A DNA stretch of 63,950 nt, the filler included, from Circinaria calcarea (lineage: Eukaryota): the NCBI GenBank assembly GCA_051942165.1. It is 26 parts of 26 records of this genome, joined end to end, with 100 filler letters (N's around TTAATTAATTAA, not from the genome) between each part and the next. Parts side by side here need not be neighbours in the genome. Positions count along the whole stretch, not along the records: positions 61,598 to 63,950 come from JAVECS010003622.1; 25 more parts are not named here. One strand, 5' to 3'. Of the stretch, positions 61,623 to 63,950 are shown in pieces. How positions within the stretch are numbered: position 1 is the first letter of the stretch; every line of letters starts with the position of its first letter. Made by a program: the position numbers and the translations under genes. The notes beneath the pieces were generated by a model. The model made no database searches, was not told where the DNA came from, and saw only the letters and a program-made list of their open reading frames with translations.

Positions 61623-62918
61623 TCACACCAAGAAAGTCCAAAAGCTCGGATACACAAACTCGTCCTCGAAGATTCTCCTCACCTGTTCTAGAACAAACTT
61701 CTCGACCTTGCCTACATTCTTCAAGACCTGCTTTCCGCCCTCCTTCTGCCCAATCTCACTCTCAACCCTTATTTCTCGTAATAGGCCGCCCGAATTATCA
61801 CCATGATTATTCACCTTAGCAGTATCTCCACCTCTCTGCTCGTCTGGACCATTATGATGGTCCAAAGTGTTTGCATCAAGTAGAGCCTCCGCATCTTCTT
61901 GCCCTAGGAAACAAAAATGCGCTCTCTTGCTCAAGTATGCTATCAATGCAACTCCGTCAAAGCTCAAGCCAGTGATGTTCAGTTTCAAGGGTATTCCGAC
62001 GAAGCTTGGCATGGGGTAGTCGAGCAGTATCTCAGCGGTCAGGGAGAGTCGAATACTGCCACTGTAAGAGACATGTAGCACAATTTGTAGATCCAACGGG
62101 CTAGGCTCTTGCCTCCGAGTCTCTGAAGTGGGTCTCTCGTCAACTCCATCCAAGGTATCCCGTCTATGGTGCCCCTCGAGAGGATGTCCATGTGAGATTG
62201 CGGTCGAAGGTCGAGTCAACGGATCTGCATAAACATGATCCTGCCGATACAAGTACGGATTTCGTTGCGGAGAAGAGTGACGTGGGTGATTCTCCCATGG
62301 TGGAGCGTGATGGTCTTGCCAGGCTAATGTATGCGGGTTTCCTCCAGCTACAGCTACTAGCGGAGTTTGAGCACCAGACAAACCAGCACTCAAAGGGAGA
62401 TGAAAGTAGCTGAGATTCGAAGTACCTCCGGGAATGCCTGGGGTATTTGATCGTGAAAGAAGTGGAGTTGCTAACTGATCTGCCAGGCTGAAATTTGGAC
62501 GGAAGCCTGGGATGCGGGTATCGATAAACGACGGGGTTCTTGAGGTTAGTAACGCAGGTCGGGAACTTGTGAACTGATATCCTGAATGTGCTCCTTCAAG
62601 ATGCTGCCTTGTTGGTCCTCCATTCTCGTGCGCCCTTCCTAGCCGGGCTCGCTGTTCATCCTCTACCCCCTCTTCCACTGCTTCCTCTTCATCACTGCCA
62701 TCTTCCTCGTAAAAGTCCGGTAAAGGATCACAAATATCCTTCAACTCTACAACAGGGCATTCTGTTCCGAAATCGAAGGAATGGACCTGCACAGATCGAA
62801 TGAATCGCGGAAGATCTACCTGTTGGAACTTGTCGTGTATGAACTCGCGGATTGACTCTGCAAGCGCAAGGCCATCTGGGCCAGTTGTAAGATTTTCCCA
62901 ATCGATATCAATGGACAT
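61623..62918 (-). CDS. MDM12: ERMES subunit Mdm12 (SMP domain)
   Basis: MSIDIDW...FIHDKFQQVDLPRFIRSVQVHSFDFG...ELKDICDPLPDFYE...LLDYPMPSFVGIPLKL...VLKNVGKVEKF...EFVYPSFWTFLV. Confidence 0.96.
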   Translation of the reverse strand: MSIDIDWENLTTGPDGLALAESIREFIHDKFQQVDLPRFIRSVQVHSFDFGTECPVVELKDICDPLPDFYEEDGSDEEEAVEEGVEDEQRARLGRAHENGGPTRQHLEGAHSGYQFTSSRPALLTSRTPSFIDTRIPGFRPNFSLADQLATPLLSRSNTPGIPGGTSNLSYFHLPLSAGLSGAQTPLVAVAGGNPHTLAWQDHHAPPWENHPRHSSPQRNPYLYRQDHVYADPLTRPSTAISHGHPLEGHHRRDTLDGVDERPTSETRRQEPSPLDLQIVLHVSYSGSIRLSLTAEILLDYPMPSFVGIPLKLNITGLSFDGVALIAYLSKRAHFCFLGQEDAEALLDANTLDHHNGPDEQRGGDTAKVNNHGDNSGGLLREIRVESEIGQKEGGKQVLKNVGKVEKFVLEQVRRIFEDEFVYPSFWTFLV

Positions 62919-63143
62919 TACATTGTTGTTCGGGTTCGAGGAATGGAAGTGTGGTACTTCGTAGTTCAAAGCTTTGAAGATATTCCTTATCCGTGTGCGG
63001 GGCTACGCAAAACGGGGACCAACCCCGCTTGGATGTGGTTCTAGCAAAAGCCTCCCCCCTTTTGTTTACTTACTTTCTACCATCTTTCAAGATGCCTAAT
63101 CTCAACCAATCCGAAAATTGCAATTTCTTCAATCTCAAAAGCC

Positions 63144-63857
63144 ATGGTCCTCGGTCTTCTCGCCATAACAGCCATTCCTACGGTAATCGGCATCTCCGAA
63201 GGTGTTTCCGCACAGAAGCGGCAGAACGAGACTCGCACCTCGGATAAACTCCTACGGAAATTCACGTTGGAATGCTACTGCGAAGGCAGGCACCGGATAA
63301 ACGGCGGCGCTGTAGTCCTAATCAATAACAAAGTGTGGATACAACCGTCTTCTAGCCCCGAGGCGCATGGAGAGAGTGAAAAGGGGCATCCGTTTCAGGG
63401 ATTCTACATCCAATACCCAGACGATCAACGCCCTCAACCTCCACCATTGGGACTGGTATCTACGGTCAGCGACGATCCCCCTATGCTGAATTGGATATAC
63501 GTCGACAAGACTACTCTGGAGGTGAAATACGGGAACAGGACGCAAAGTCGGCCGCATAGGGTAGGCAGTTGGGGCTGGACTGGCAAGGAACCCGACGATG
63601 GTGAGATCAGCTATGATCGAAAGACGGGCAAGAAAGAAGAGATAGAAGAGGAAGAGGAAGAGCCCGGAGGTCTGACGTTCGAAGGAGAGGAGAAATTCGT
63701 GGCAGTTGAGCCGCATGGAGGAGGGGACAGGTGGGAGGTGATGTGGGACGAGAAAGATGATCTATTAAAAGGCTGGGATGGGATAAAGGGGAGAAGAGTT
63801 TTGCAAATAAGTCTGGAAAGGACGTTTGTTGAGGAAGCCAAGGAGAAGGATAAGTAG
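63144..63857 (+). CDS. conserved fungal hypothetical protein, divergent from MDM12
   Basis: MVLGLLAITAIPTVIG..EGVSAQK, HPFQGFYI.YP, GLVSTVSDDPPMLNWIYVDK.TLEVKYG, EKFVAVE; intronless 237-aa ORF. Confidence 0.8.
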   Translation: MVLGLLAITAIPTVIGISEGVSAQKRQNETRTSDKLLRKFTLECYCEGRHRINGGAVVLINNKVWIQPSSSPEAHGESEKGHPFQGFYIQYPDDQRPQPPPLGLVSTVSDDPPMLNWIYVDKTTLEVKYGNRTQSRPHRVGSWGWTGKEPDDGEISYDRKTGKKEEIEEEEEEPGGLTFEGEEKFVAVEPHGGGDRWEVMWDEKDDLLKGWDGIKGRRVLQISLERTFVEEAKEKDK

Positions 63858-63950
63858 ACTTTTAACTCTAAAATGATAGCGCATAGGGGAATAAAATCCA
63901 CGATCGGTGCTCTTGAGACCTTCATTCAAATCCTTATCAGACTGGCTCTA

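Noticed and set aside
1..63950. Apparent gene cluster combining DUF3328, MFS, SDR, monooxygenase, P450 and O-methyltransferase
   Set aside because: These genes sit on different size-sorted contigs; adjacency across spacers carries no information.

Overview
This window is not one locus. It is a concatenation of 26 unrelated, size-sorted contigs of about 2.35-2.38 kb, joined by 100-nt artificial spacers (N-run + TTAATTAATTAA + N-run), so no linkage across spacers can be inferred. The content is filamentous ascomycete (Pezizomycotina) DNA with GT-AG spliceosomal introns. Recognisable nuclear genes, mostly truncated by contig ends: UstYa/DUF3328 oxidase, Asn-tRNA ligase, a HET-type protein with an internal TAG, RPL22, HNT2, a TMT1-like methyltransferase, HYR1 glutathione peroxidase, an NB-ARC-like/ankyrin protein, two DHA1 MFS transporters, a LigD 3'-phosphoesterase-domain protein, an SDR, G-alpha-1, a C2H2 protein, a secreted beta-propeller, ARP3, taspase, a PTH11-like protein, KEI1, a CYP52-like P450 beside an O-methyltransferase, and MDM12. 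There are also RIP-degraded transposon nests (two LTR families, pogo/Fot1 remnants) and one mitochondrial contig. The most unusual element is in that mitochondrial contig: an unannotated ~480-520 aa acidic ORF that is continuous only in genetic code 4, carries a long (Thr-Gly/Thr-Glu)n hexamer expansion and lies directly upstream of nad3. All calls come from reading motifs by eye; no database searches were run.
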